From the NCBI RefSeq assembly GCF_009914755.1, contig NC_060928.1: a stretch of 64,000 nucleotides of DNA; one strand, 5' to 3'. Source of the stretch: the human T2T-CHM13v2.0 reference genome, Homo sapiens. Each line of letters starts with the position of its first letter. Positions within the stretch are counted from its first letter, which is position 1. Both the position numbers and the translations under genes were made by a program. This document shows positions 40,999 through 54,319 of this stretch, piece after piece. The notes beneath the pieces were generated by a model. That model saw nothing but the letters and a program-made list of their open reading frames with translations, ran no database searches and was not told the DNA's origin.

Positions 40999-42310
40999 AG
41001 AAATAACATTTGAAACTCTTATTTGGAAAGGCAAAGTGTGCTCTACCTGAAGGTTAGATGACAATCATAGGAAAGAACTGTAGCATGGAAAATGTAAAGG
41101 TAGCTTTAGAAATGGAATAAACCTTGGATGTCAGCTAAGTAAGTCACCTTTCCAACCAACACCTGGGCTTTCTGAACATCTTCTCTGCCAGGCATTCCCC
41201 AGCCTCTGCTATGTGCACCCACCACAATGGGGAGCTAGCTGCCCCTCCAGGCTAACTCCCCTTATAGCTGAGCTTAGAGAAGTAGAAAGGCCTTCTTCAT
41301 AATTAGCTGACATTTGTCTCCCTAAAATTTCCATCATTGTCCCAGGTTGCACTGTCTTATCCATGACAACCTTGCATATATCTGATGATTATAATCAGGC
41401 GATCACAAAATATCACCAATCCAGGCTAAACAGCCTTAGGCATCTGACACGGAGCCTTGCAGGCCATGGTGGGGATTTGAGTTTTACCAGGGAACAGGGG
41501 GAAGCTGGCGAAGGCTTTTCAGCACATGTGACCCAACCGAGTTCACTGAAAAGGTGCCTCTGGCTGGTGTGTGAATGGACTGGACGGTTAGGGATGGACG
41601 TGAAGTTGGTGGCAGAGGCCAAGAAAGAAATAGCAATGGCTGGGACTCAGGTGCTGGTGATGAGGTGGTAAGAGGTGGAGAGCTCCAGGAGGGAGAGGGA
41701 AGTCCCACGCAGGGACCAGTGTGGAGGTGAGGAGAGGCTGCGTCAGGATGGCAACACAATTCAGCCGGTTGTTTGTAGTAAACACCATGTTTACCACATG
41801 TGACACTGTATAAATGGATTTCCGGTTAAGGACAGACGCACCCTCCGGGGACTGTCAGCTGCCCAGCACTGAGATGGAGAACTGCATGTGTTTCCTGTGG
41901 CTGCTGTAACAAAGTAACACAAAGTGGGTGGCTTCAACCAACAGAAATGTCACTTCACAGCTCAGAGACCAGAAGGCCGAGACGAAGGTGTCAGCTCATG
42001 CAAACGGTAGGCAGCTGTGCCAGGAAGTTAAGGTCCTCAGGAGCATCCTCCAGCCGGCAAGGGCTTGGAGCTGCTGGTGGATAAAAACCCCAGGGTGAGG
42101 GAGATGGCAGGGAGGGTCTGCAGCCTTAGATGAGGATTCTTGTGACTCACCTCAGAACCAACTAGAGGATGCATCATTGGGGTACTCTGCTGTCCTGCAG
42201 AAGTTCTCAAACTATTAAGCATCAGAATGACCAGAATGATTTGAAGATATGAAATGCAGCTCCCCAGGCCTGCTCTCAGGTCCTGGTTCAGAAGGTGTGG
42301 CTTAGGGAGA

Positions 42311-42755
42311 TGTATTTGTTTCCTAGGGTACTTTCCTATGTAGCCAAGTACCATCAGCTAGATGGCTTAGAACAACAAACATTTATTCCCTCACAGTTCT
42401 GGAGGCCAACAGTCCAAACTCAAGGTGTTGGCAGGGATGGTTCCTCCTGCAGGCTGTGAGGGAGGATCCGTTCCATGCCAGCTCGGTGTTGCCAGCAACC
42501 CTTGGTGTTCCTTAGCTTGCAGCTGCATCATTTCAGTGTGTGCCTCTCTTCACATGGGGTCCCTCCTGTGTCTACGTCCAGATTTCCCTCTTCTTATGAA
42601 TATACCAGTCACGTTGGATCAAGGCCCACCCTAATAGCCTCACCTTAGTGAGGTTACAACTGCAAAGATTATACTTCCAAATAAGGTTACACTCACTGTC
42701 CAAGGAGTTATGACTTCAACATAGCTTTGTGAGGGACACAATTCCACCCATGACA
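42311..42755 (-). mobile_element. MLT1B/C-like LTR (sense to EVC2), next to a MER5A-like fragment at about 42200-42310
   Basis: Reverse MLT1: TGTATTTGTTTCCTAGGG...CATTTATTCCCTCACAGTTCTGGAGGCC...GGACACAATTCCACCCATGACA. Confidence 0.8.
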
Positions 42756-43383
42756 GCAACCCTGAAGGGACTGCAGTCCCTCTCCATCCATGACAACATC
42801 CAACTAGAAATGGGTTGGCCATCTATTAGGCGTACCAGAGACTATTCCTGCTCTAGCCAAGAATTTGGGCCAGATGACTACTAAGATCCTTTGCAGTATC
42901 CAGATTCTAAGATTCTGTTTTCCTGGGAAGGTGTAAACTGCTTTATCTTCAGGTTAGCTCTTAACTCATGAGCTGGGACAATGCTCTTTCCCCTAAGAAA
43001 GGTAAGGTCACGGTAAAAAGTCTTTTCCTCTGGACAGAAAAGGGGCATTTGGTAAAAACTAGGGAAATCTGAACAGACTGTGAACTTTAGCTAATAATAA
43101 TGTATCAATATTGGATCATTCACTGTAACAAATGTAGCATGCTAATATAAGACATGAGTACTAAGGGAAACTGGGTCTGGGAGATATGGGAACTCTCTGT
43201 ATTCTTCTCTCAATGTTTCTATAAATCTAAAACTGTTCTAAAAAATAATCTATTACGTAAACAAAAAGTAGAGCTGGACTCCTTAATGCGTGCCTGTTAC
43301 AAACGAGGCCCACCCTCTCTTCAGCGCTGAGATGCCAAGAATCTGGAGCTGCAATGGGAACTTGAAACGAGAGGCTGAAAACA

Positions 43384-43675
43384 GGCCGGGCATGGTGGTT
43401 CATGCCTGTAATCCCAGCACTTTGGGAGGCCGAGGCAGGCGGATCACCTGAGGTAAGGAGTTCGACACCAGCCTGGCCAACATGGTGAAACCCCGTCTCT
43501 ACTAAAAATACAAAAATTAGCTGGGCGTGGTGGCGGGCGCCTGTAATCCCAGCTACTCAGGAGGCTGAGGCAGGAGAATCACTTGAACCTAGGAGGCGGA
43601 GGTTGCAGTGAGCCAAGATTGTGCCACGGCACTCCAGGCTGAGTGACAGAGTGAGACTCCGTCTCAAAAAAAAAA
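43384..43675 (+). mobile_element. AluS
   Basis: Full-length; TSD AGAGG(C/T)TG(A/G)AAACA. Confidence 0.93.
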
Positions 43676-45195
43676 GAGGTTGGAAACAGCCTATATATCC
43701 TATAGGGAGAAGAGGAGGCCTGGAGTGAGGCCTGGAGTCAGCCCTGGAGTCCAGGAAAGGCCCTGCGGCAGAGATGGCAGTTTTTGAGGGGTCTCTCAGA
43801 AGCTCCTCTTTTAGAGAAGGAGGTCACACATGAATTTCTCTGGGTTCTGGAATCCACAGTGCCAGAGGGGACCTCTCACTGGAGACGCCTCTCCCTTGCA
43901 TTTACATCCTTGAGGTTTCAACCTAGCAGTCAGCTTCTCCGTTCCCTAAGGCGACTCTGCTCACCTGCCCTTTCTTTGCATTTCCAAGGGTTTCCTCCAA
44001 TCTTTGGTGGGCAATGGCAGTGCAGGCCAGCAGCCCAGGGGCATCACTGTGGGGGTGGCTGGAGTTTTGCTGATGTTTTCTGAATTCCACACTGTGCCTG
44101 GAGTGAGGAGAATCCTATGGAACATAGGCTTGGCCTGGGCGTGCATGGTTAATCCATGCATGGTTAATCCACGTCCAGGGGTGTAAGGACACACTTCCAG
44201 GCCGCTGAAGGAGACCACTCTGTTGTTGAGTCAGGCCCCTATGGCCATAACTAAGCAGAACAAGCAGTTGGGAACAGAGTGAGAAACATGTTGAGTGTCA
44301 CAGGTCGGGTGGAAGCTGCCACTGCAATGCTGGTTTCATCTTGCGCTGTACCCTGCACCATGCTTCTCGGCACGAGTCCTCTCTTCCTGCAGACAGTGGG
44401 TATTGAGAGGCTCCCTGCTTTTCTTGGCTTCCTCCCCGGCACCCAGCCTACATCGTGCCTAGCGCTGAAGGAGAGCACAGTCAACACTTGCCAAGAGAAC
44501 AGAAGGTGTTTGTCACACAGAACTCCTCAAGAAATCCTCACCTTGCTGGAAGACGACAGCGAGAGTTGCCGTGGGAACCCAGCAGGCATTCCCTCTGCTC
44601 TGCTCTCCAGTGACCCCTTTACAAACCCCATAAGAACCCCGTCATGTCAGGTGCTGCGCAGGAACCTGCCACCTCTCAGGAAATCCAGAAGCAAGGATCA
44701 GGTTTGAGGACAGGGCTGCTGTCCACCTTAGCTGACCTTTGCTCCTGCCAGCCATCTGGTGCTCCAGGTGAACTCTGATACTGATCCTTCCAGAAAGGTA
44801 GAGGGACCTAGACACAGGTTATCTGTATCATGGGGCTGGAGTGAGGAGGGATTCAAGGGTCCATGAGGACCCTCTTTCAGAGACTAAGGCCTCTTCCCCG
44901 CTACCACCCCTGTGTCCAGCCTCCTGCAGTCTCTCCTCTGGCACACGTTCCCTCTGCTGGAAATGCCCCACGCACATTCTGACAAGTCTTAATGGCCCTT
45001 TAGACCCAGCCCAGACATGCTGGTTGAGGTTCACCTGGTACCGCCAGGCCTGCACCACCCAAGGGACAGGGTTTGATATGGGAAATAGACACAACTCGCG
45101 CATCACAGACTGTGCTGAGAGCCTCAGAGGCAGAGCACGCACACACAGCCCCTGGCATGGACCAAATACTTAATCCACATGTAAAAAAAAAAAAT

Positions 45196-45259
45196 GGAAG
45201 GAAGAGAAGGAAGGAAGGGAGGGAGGGAAGAAGAGAGGGAGGGAGGGAGGGAGGGAGGA
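45196..45259. repeat. (GGAA/GGGA)n polypurine tract
   Basis: Pure purine run of about 63 nt. Confidence 0.85.
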
Positions 45260-45840
45260 CAGTTTCAAAATAGCTTAGAACTTGGAAGGGAAAGAGAGGG
45301 GCATTATTTATGGGCCTCGTAAAACTGACCACCACCCCACAAGGATTTCCAGTGGAATATCTCACAACAGGTCATGAAGTGAGATGGTTCAATTCCAGAA
45401 CTATTTCATGAGCATCTGCCATGTGCAAGGAACCATGTCTATCCCTATTCCTGAGGGAAGTGGGGGAGGTAGGCAAGCTGCACTGTAGTCTCAGAAAAGA
45501 GCTGCTTCCACTCAGACCTTAGGCTCTTCCCTCTTTGTGAGTCTCCTCTTGCATGACCTAAGAATCTCCACCAAATGGTCCACAAACAGCCAGGAAGCAC
45601 CAGAGGATGTCCTGGCCTTGGAGTCAGAAGACCTGGGTTTGAGCCCTGGACCAACCATTGCTGATGGAGAGGTAACCGTTCCCAGCATGCCAGTGTCTAA
45701 GAAGACCCCTCAGCTCCTCAGGAACATTCCATAAACCATTCTCTGACACACCCCATCGAGTCCTCTAACTCACTGACCCCCTCCTTTCACTTCTTCTCGA
45801 GGTCCCTCAAGTCTCCACTTCCTTCCTCATCCTCTTGAGA

Positions 45841-46315
45841 TGTTGCGATCACTTCCACCCAAAGATTTCCAGCCCTAATTCCTGGAACCTGGAAATGTGA
45901 CCTTCGAAGGGAAAAGGGCCTTTGCAGATATAATTAAGTGAAGGATCTTGACACGAGGAGACTATGCTGGATTATCCAGTGAGCCCTAAACCCAGTCCCA
46001 AGTGGCCTCCTAAGAGAGAGCAGAGGAAGATTTCACACACACAGAAGAAGGGGAGGTCACGTGCAGGCAGAGATGGAAGTAAGTTGGCCACAAGCCAAGA
46101 AGTGCTGCAGCCTTGGAAGCCCCAGAAGCTGGAAGAGACAGGAACAACCCTCCCAGAGCCTTTGAAGGGAGCATGGCCCTGCTGATACCTTGATTTCAGC
46201 CCAGAGAAAGTGATTTGGGACTCTGGCCTCCAGAACAGTGACACGGTGAGTTTCTGTTGCATGAAACCACCAAGGTTACGGTAATTTGTGACAACAGCCA
46301 CAGGATACTAATACA
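45841..46315 (+). mobile_element. MLT1D-like LTR
   Basis: CTTTGCAGATATAATTAAGTGAAGGATCTTGA...GTAATTTGTGACAACAGCCACAGGATACTAATACA. Confidence 0.8.
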
Positions 46316-49300
46316 GCTAAGTCCCTATCCCTCTCCCTCTCACCTGGAAAAGCTCTCCAGGCCAGCTCTGGTTCCGGTACCAGGATGAGGTCAGCACTGC
46401 ATCCCATTGTATAGGTAAGGCAAGTGGAGTCACCAACACGGTAAGTGGCAGAACTGGGACTCAACGCTAGCAGTCAGGCCTGGGTTTTAACCACTGGGCT
46501 CTATGCCCTGCCCGCCAGTGGCCTCCATGCCTCCATCCAGACCACTGAGACCACTGCAGGGGAAGGCACCTCGTCCAGGCAGGGAGGCCCACCAGCCTCA
46601 CACGGGCACTCCATGTTGCTCAGCAAGTCTGGGTTTCTCTAGTAAGCCACTTCCCCGTGGTCAGGACTGCTTCACACTTTTTACATTCCCACCTTTTCCT
46701 CCTCTGCTGTCCTCACCTTGAACTTCATTGAGAAGCATCTGACAGGTTCATCCCATGTTCCCTCCCCAAGCCACGTATCTGCTGCATCTACACAGACTCT
46801 GCCATCCTTCCTACCATGACAGATGATGGCCCAACTCCTCTCCAGTCCTTCCATCAAACAGAATCTCCCTGCAAGAGTGTCCCAGCCACAGGACATCCTT
46901 GGAGGAAGCTGGGTAGCCTGAAGAGCCACATCACATCTGGAAACATGTTGTGTTGTCTTCTGGTTTGAGTAATGCTGCACCTCATCCTAATCTTTGCTAT
47001 CATGTACCTTATAGCCTCAAATTTTCTCTGCAGGCGACTTTCCACCAAGAACACCATTGTGTAGAGGCACCTACTGTGCCAGGCACTGTTGGAGGCACTG
47101 GGGATGAATCAGCAAGCAAGACAGAAGGTCCCTGCACTCACATAACTTACTGCTCAGGTGGGTAAGATGAAATACAACAACATTAATTTGAAAAAGAAAA
47201 AAAAAAAAGGTAGTTTCCGGCAGCCTTGAGTGTTGTGAAGAAAATCAGAATTTCAGGATAAAGAATGGAGGCAGTGCTGCTGTAGGGAAGGCCCCTCACT
47301 GGCTCTGATGACTCTTCAATCTCTGTGCCCTCTACACCTCCCACCCTGGCCTGGTCCTCTTTTGGGTCCTCAAATGTCCACATCCCTTCCCACCTCTTGT
47401 GCTTGCTGCCCACTCCAAAACGCTCATCGCCAGCTCTCAGCTTAACAAGCCTCCATTAGAAGCATCCTCTCCAAGATTCTTTAACAGAGCCCCTTGCCCC
47501 TTCATAGCTCTGACCATAGTGTAGAATCAAAGAGTTACCAGTGCACAGGGTTGTGTTTGCTTGTATACTCTCTATAAGGACAAAAACCAAGACTCTTACT
47601 TGCTAGTGTCCGGCAAACAAGAGTCTTGGATCTACCACAGTGCTTGATGCAGAAGGAGCCCTCAGCAAGAATCTGTTGGATTCATCAATCCATTAATTAC
47701 TTTTTTAAAAGTACTGCTTGCATGAACCAGCAACCCAATCAAAGAACAAGTGAACAAAGAACCTTGGATGAGTTGTTTAACTTCCCTGGGCTTCAAGTTT
47801 TTAGAGATGAGGAACAAAATCATTTCTCTAAAGTGTTTACAAAGAATAAAAAGAGTAGTAGTTGTAAAAATATACCATATGGTTGGCACATAAAAAACTA
47901 CTAAACACACATATTTAAAAACCTCAATTCGACAAATACTCATGGAACACTTACTTTGTACAAACACAATTTCGAGACAGTTTAGAGGTAATGTTGGTAG
48001 CATCCAGAAAGAGTCCTAAGCTCATTCTAATAATAGAGAAAACAGACATAGGTCTGAACTTCTTTTTTTGTCTTACGTTCTTTGACTCTGAAAAAATCTA
48101 AGCTCAGTCTTTTTAAAAAGCTGTTCGGTCAGTAGAAGAAAAGATTGAAAACACTCAGGCCTAAGCCAAATCCATTACTACCTGTGTGACCTTAGGGAAA
48201 AACCAATAAATCTTTCTGAACCCCAGCTTCCTGGTCTAAAACGAGAGAGTTGTGAGAATTAAATAAGATCGCAGGCGAGAGGTGTGTGGCAGTGGTCAGG
48301 CCCAGAGTAAGGCTGGAGCTAAAACATGCTCGGCACTCCATGCCCCTAGAAGCTTCCAGGACCAGCCAGTCCTGCCCAGTTCCTCCCTCCTCCTGGTCCC
48401 AGCATGTGCTGAGACTGAGTCCACCTCCATTATAACCACAGTCAAGGAGCCTGATAAAAATCAAAGGAAATATTCCTTCCTCAAATCCTCTCTGTAAGAG
48501 ACAGCCTATGAATAAGCAATGTAAAAGATAAACCACCACGCACACCTCGGAAATGCTCTTTGTCAAAAATAACTCGGCAGGATAGAGCAAAGTTACAGCT
48601 CTCATGGGGCTTGAAATGAGGGGGCAATCAAGTCACGTAATGGCATATTTCGAATCCCAGCTAAGCTTCATGTTAGAATTACAAATGCGATAACTGATTT
48701 GCCAGAGAAAAATGCTATTTTTAGTGGGAAGTGTATCACAGATTTCCATGCATACTAAGCTCCTGCCATTCTGAGTGACATTTTCTTTCTGGGAGCATCT
48801 AAGCAGGACCACAGAGCAAGATGGAAAGATTAAAAGTAATTGGCAATGCTATAATTGAAAAAAAAAAAAAAAAGACTGGGTTCTTAAAACTAGTGTCCAA
48901 CCACAATGCCTGAAACTGAATTGGAGTTCAATAAATATTGAATGTTGGGACGGGAGGGAGGATGGGAGGCTGGGGGAGAGGAAGAGAGGAATGAATTTAG
49001 CTCACAAGCTGAACACTCTCCGTGCATGCTTGATAATCAATGCTAAACACTCTTCAGGCAAAATAAGACAAGCTCCCAAGAGAAATGAATATATAATTCC
49101 AGAGGTGCAAGAACAAAATCATTATAAACTTCAACATTCCTATTGTACTCAAGCATCAGGACTGGCAAACTGCAGCAGCTGCTTATAATTTCATATAATG
49201 TAGGGATAAAGAAAGACTCGGCTTCTTATGCCCCATCACTTTTTGAATAAAAAACAAAAACAGGAGGATTAATACTTTCCTCTTTTAAAGTACTAATTAC

Positions 49301-51732
49301 TTTAGTCAGAAGGTTATAGAGTACCACATACTTGCAAATTAAATATCCGGGTGCTGATTGCATGATCCAAATCATTTCACTCTACTTTTCATTTTCATGT
49401 TTTGTAAGAAAACAGACTTTTAGCTCTGAAATCATTTGATAATTAGCTGCTCACATCACTTAATATAATAAGTGACATTTATGAACCTCTGCCAATAACT
49501 TCGTCTCCCATTGCTCGTCCATTTCTCCCTACTACTTCAGACAAGGTGGCAAATTTTAATTTGTAATCCTTGCCATTCTGATTAGGGAGTTAAGTGAAAA
49601 TGAAGAATGGCATCTGGATGGCTGCACAAGGCTTAATTAACCAAGCCACACAACTCTGGCACCCAGAAATGGATTAACAAGCCCTGACTCCCCTCTTGGT
49701 GCAAGGTCAGCCCTGCACTTACGAGGCTCCAAGCCTGGCTCTTCACCAGGCACTCTGTGAGGAAGGAGCACCCATTCAAAACAGAGGAGAGTCCCTTTCT
49801 TCTGAGAACAGTCATTGAGCTCACAAAGTGGCATGAGTCAGACCTAGCAGAGCTCTTCTCTCAGGCCAGTTAAGTAGTTGCTCCTGAAAAGGATGAGCCA
49901 GAGCTGTTTCTGGTTCTACCTAGGATCTACCTCTTTGTGTCACAGGACACCACTTCCTGGACCCAGGGAGATAGGATCAGGAAGCTGCTCAGTTTTGCTT
50001 CCCAGATCTCCCATTTTCAGTATGCTTTCAATTCTCTTGAGAAAGACTCAAGGAAGGGCTACTCGCCCTGACCACTTCTCTTTATGGTCTGCTAATCTGA
50101 CCAGGGCTCACAGGCAGCTATCACCATAAGGATGCATCCCCATCACAAGTCTCTTTCACATCATTACACATGACAGTATCAAAAGGCTCTAGGTTACGGG
50201 TTCCCCATTTGAGAGATGAGAAAACTAGGCTCAGAGAATGTCTGTAAAATATAAATGTGCCTGAGCCTAAATAGTGAGGAAGCTCAAGTCCCATTCTTCA
50301 CTCACCAGATGTATCACTGTGGGTAAACCTCTCAGCCTAGCTGAGCCTCAGCTGCTTCAACTATCAAACACTGAAAATAAGATGCCATACCAAAAAGCAG
50401 TACCAAATTAAATAAGGGGCGTGACATGAGCACCAAATTAAATAAGGGGTGTGCACATTTCTAAATGTGACATAAACATAAGGTATTTTATCTGAAAACA
50501 TAAGGCATTACAGTTTATTGTCATCTTGATGATTCCAAATTCACACAAATTACCCTCCAGTGGGTAGTGAGTGGGCAGAAAGCCACACATCTTTAATCTA
50601 GAATAAAAAAAGTTTCCTGTAAATGGAATCCAATTTGAAGGGTTCACATTTGGCCCCATTATTAATCATCAGCAGTCTACCAAGAAAGCAAAGAATGTTA
50701 AAATAAAAATCATCAGATATAACCAAATAAGAATTTGATCTGGGAGAAATGAAGCCCAGCTTTGAATGATCTCAATCTCTGACTGGATTAATATAATCCA
50801 TAATTATGTTGCTAGCCACTTAGAAGAAGATAACATCACCCTCGTCCTCAGATTGTCTTCTCAACTTCCTATACAATGTCTAGCACATAATCAAAAATAC
50901 ACAGAGATATGAGACAAGAAAATATGATCAAAAACTGAGTGGTACTCTAGATAACAGACACAGAACGAGGGTACAGATAATAACGTCTTCAGTCAGACAC
51001 TTCAAAATAATTTTGTTTGAGAGTAAATAAAAAAATAAGATTGAGATTTTTGGCCAAAACAACAGAAAATTAAAGAAAACATAAAGAAGTCATCTTAAAT
51101 ATCTGATGAAAGGAAAGAAGGAACGACAAGGCCATGCTGATGAACCTCATCTAGTTAAGGTTATCTATTAGACTGTGACCCATGTGTCCATCCAGGAGAA
51201 ATCTTGGGCAATGATTAAAAGCCTGGACCATGGAGCAGATGACCTGAGTTTAAAACCTGACCCTATCATTTACTAGTATATGCCCTTGGGCAAGTTACTT
51301 AACCTCTCTCCAGTTCTCATCCATAAGATGTTACAGAGAGCAATACCTACTTCATGGGCTTGTTAAGAGGATTATACGAGTTAGTTCTGTGAAGTTCTTA
51401 AACAGTGTCTGGCACTATCTGCTATTGCACATAGGGAGGATGATGTTAATATTCATTAACTACATAAGAAGAACTGAATTCAGTTCAGTACACACTCACA
51501 TCACCTGGTCTGGCCTCTCTCCCCTGCTGCCTCTTCTTTATTTTCTATACTCAATACCCCAATCTGCACATCAGCCACACTTGGCTACTGACATCTCACC
51601 AAACGCACCTTGCTCCTTTCACGTCCTTACATCTGCCCTTTCTTTCCTCTGTCTGAAAATCGTTTCCACGCTTAATCAACTTGGAAAGCTTCTTCATAAG
51701 CTTTCAGAATCAATTCAGATTCTCTCCCTCTT

Positions 51733-51868
51733 AACTAATGAGTACTAGACTTAATACCTGGATGATGAAATAATCTGTACAACAAACCCCCTGTGACACG
51801 AGTTTACCTATATAACAAACCTACACGCATATCCCTAAACTTAAAAGTTAAAAATAAATAAAAAAATT
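51733..51868 (+). mobile_element. Very short L1PA 3' end inserted in an L2-like element
   Basis: GATGAAATAATCTGTACAACAAACCCC...GAGTTTACCTATATAACAAACCT followed by an A tail. Confidence 0.8.
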
Positions 51869-51869
51869 G

Positions 51870-52204
51870 TTATTAGTTCAATAGTTTATTGAATAAACTA
51901 ATTATTCAATAATTATTATTAATATAATATTAAATATAATATTAATATTAAATATATTAAATATAATATTAATATTAAATATATTAAATATAATATTAAT
52001 ATTAAATATATTAAATATAATATATATTTATATTAATCATATTTATTTTAATTATATTTAAATATATTTAGATTAATTATATTAAAATATAATATATTAA
52101 TTATATTTATATTGATATTAAATATAAATATAATATTAAATATAATTATTAAAATAATAATTATTCAATAATTATCCAATAATTATTGAAATAATTAGTT
52201 CAAT
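51870..52204. repeat. AT-rich low-complexity tract with a 27-bp tandem unit
   Basis: Almost entirely A/T; TAAATATAATATTAATATTAAATATAT repeated about 3 times. Confidence 0.9.
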
Positions 52205-52558
52205 GCCACCTCCTCCAGGAAGCATTTCTGTGACTTTCTCAGAAGTAATTACTTCCTCTTCTGTGCTCTGCCGGCCCTGACCTTCCCATTTGCATGGTGG
52301 TCACCCAATTCTGTGGTCACTTCTGTTTATGTTTCAGTCTTTCCTACTAGATCAGACTTCCTTAGAGCAGGAAGTATGTCATCTACACCTCTTTTCCTAG
52401 ATGCCAAACATTCAGTGCATAGCAGTTGTTGAATTATGACTACAGAGTGACAAATGATTAACTGAATGAATGAAATATACTCAGCATTTGGCCTTATGTC
52501 ACTGTCGTTAAAACATTCATCACATGTGTGTAAGTATAATGGGATTTAGAATTCTTAC

Positions 52559-52698
52559 TCTTCTAAGGCTTGAAGCATGCTCCCAGGGTCCTCGGAAGAC
52601 AGAATGTCTATCATTTGGTCGTTAAGGGAAAGGTCCTCATTCACGCCATCAGCTGAGGTGAACGGCAAGGGTTCCAGCTTGCTCTCATACTGCCAAAC
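52559..52698 (-). CDS. EVC2: EVC2 coding exon 9 (140 nt, phase 0/2)
   Basis: AAG|GTT TGG CAG...TTA GAA GA|GTAAGA; VWQYESKLEPLPFTSADGVNEDLSLNDQMIDILSSEDPGSMLQALEE (inside ORF 52555..52803). Confidence 0.97.
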
Positions 52699-53090
52699 CT
52701 TCAGGAGAATTGCGGAAATAATAATTGATTGGGCCTTCTTGTGAATTCCACGTGCTGAGAAAGCCAGGAGGGAAGGCCAGGGGTCTGCAGTCTGAGCACC
52801 CAATCAGCCCCACCACTGTGACCACAGTAAACCCAGACAAGCTTTTGCGAATGTCCCTGAGCCTCTGTTTTCTCTGCAAAGAAATGGGATCATAATTCTA
52901 CTAGCCCTGCATGAGGATGTTGTGTGGGTAAAGTGGAACAATGGACAGAAAGAACTTTTCAGCCTGTAAGACCTATAAACTATTTAACTATCATCATCTT
53001 TATCATTATCAGGTAGAGGAAACCTCAAAACAGGTATGATGGACCTTGACATCAGAGATCTGGCTAGTTTCTAATCGGAATATAGGATTG

Positions 53091-53395
53091 AGTGGGGCGT
53101 GGTGGCTCACGCCTGTAATCCCAGCACTTTGGGAGGCTGAGGTGGATGGATCACTTGAGGTTAGGAGTTTGACACCAGCCTGGCCAACACGGTGAAACCC
53201 TGTCTCTACTAAAAATACAAAAATTAGCCAGGCGTGGTGGCAGGCACCTGTAATCCCAGCTACTCAGGAGGCTAAGGCAGGAGAACCACTTGAACCCAGG
53301 AGACGGAAGCTGCAGTGAGCCGAGATTGCGCCACTGCACTCCATCCTGGGAGACAGAGTGAGACTCTGTCTCAAAAAAATAAAGAAAGAAAGAAA
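53091..53395 (+). mobile_element. AluS with a (GAAA)n tail
   Basis: TSD GAATATAGGATTG (53078-53090 and 53396-53408). Confidence 0.93.
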
Positions 53396-54319
53396 GAATA
53401 TAGGATTGTGAGCTGGAAGTGACATTAGAGATAAATAAGCCCAACCCTCTGATTGGATAAGAGATATCTGTGTTGTCTCCAATATCATTAACTCTGCAAA
53501 AATGCATAGCTATAGCTAACCTTTAACAATTCTTGTCCCTGTGCCAGGTATTATTTTCAGTGCTTTCTTTGTGTTATCATGAAGCTGTTACAACAACGCA
53601 GTGTTGGTGCCCCCATTTTACAAATAGGAAAACTGAGGCTCACAGAAGTGAAATAACGTTATTGAAGGTCACACAGCTCAGAAGAGCCCGGTTGATTTTT
53701 AACCCCAATCCAACTCTGAAGGCTGCCTTCTGCTTTAGAGCAGACCACTGACCACCACTATGCTGGCAAAAAAATAAAGAAAAATGTGAGAAGAGTTCAT
53801 TCTGTGATGCCAGGAAAAAAGTACTGCAAGGGTCTTCACGCCTTAAATCAAATTCATACTCTTGCTTTCCTCTGTGCAGTTCTTATGATCTGCCTTAATC
53901 TCTGGAAAATGAATCCTGCTCCGACATCAAAGCAGCAGGGTGCGTTTAGTTCTTCTGATTGATAACAGCTTTGGGAGAATCAGTACAAGGTCTGATTAGA
54001 TGGGACGTTTTTCTTCTCACTTTTGCCCGCCAAGGAGACTGTGGGCTGACCTCATTTTGAAATGACAATCCTCTCCTCCAAGAAGCAGGGACAAAATGAA
54101 CAACAGGCTCCTCACCCAGGCTGGGGTGGAATTTCCAGCCTCCAGAGCCCCTGGGCAGGACTAAGCCCCAGGGCAGGACTAAGCCCATCAGGGCCCAGGT
54201 CCCTGATGAAACACACCCTTTACCAGACACCTTCCCTTTCTGCCTCACTTCCCACCACCTCCCCTTTTGTCCTGGGATCACTTCCCACATAAGCTACTTG
54301 AATGGGAATTCTAGTCTCA

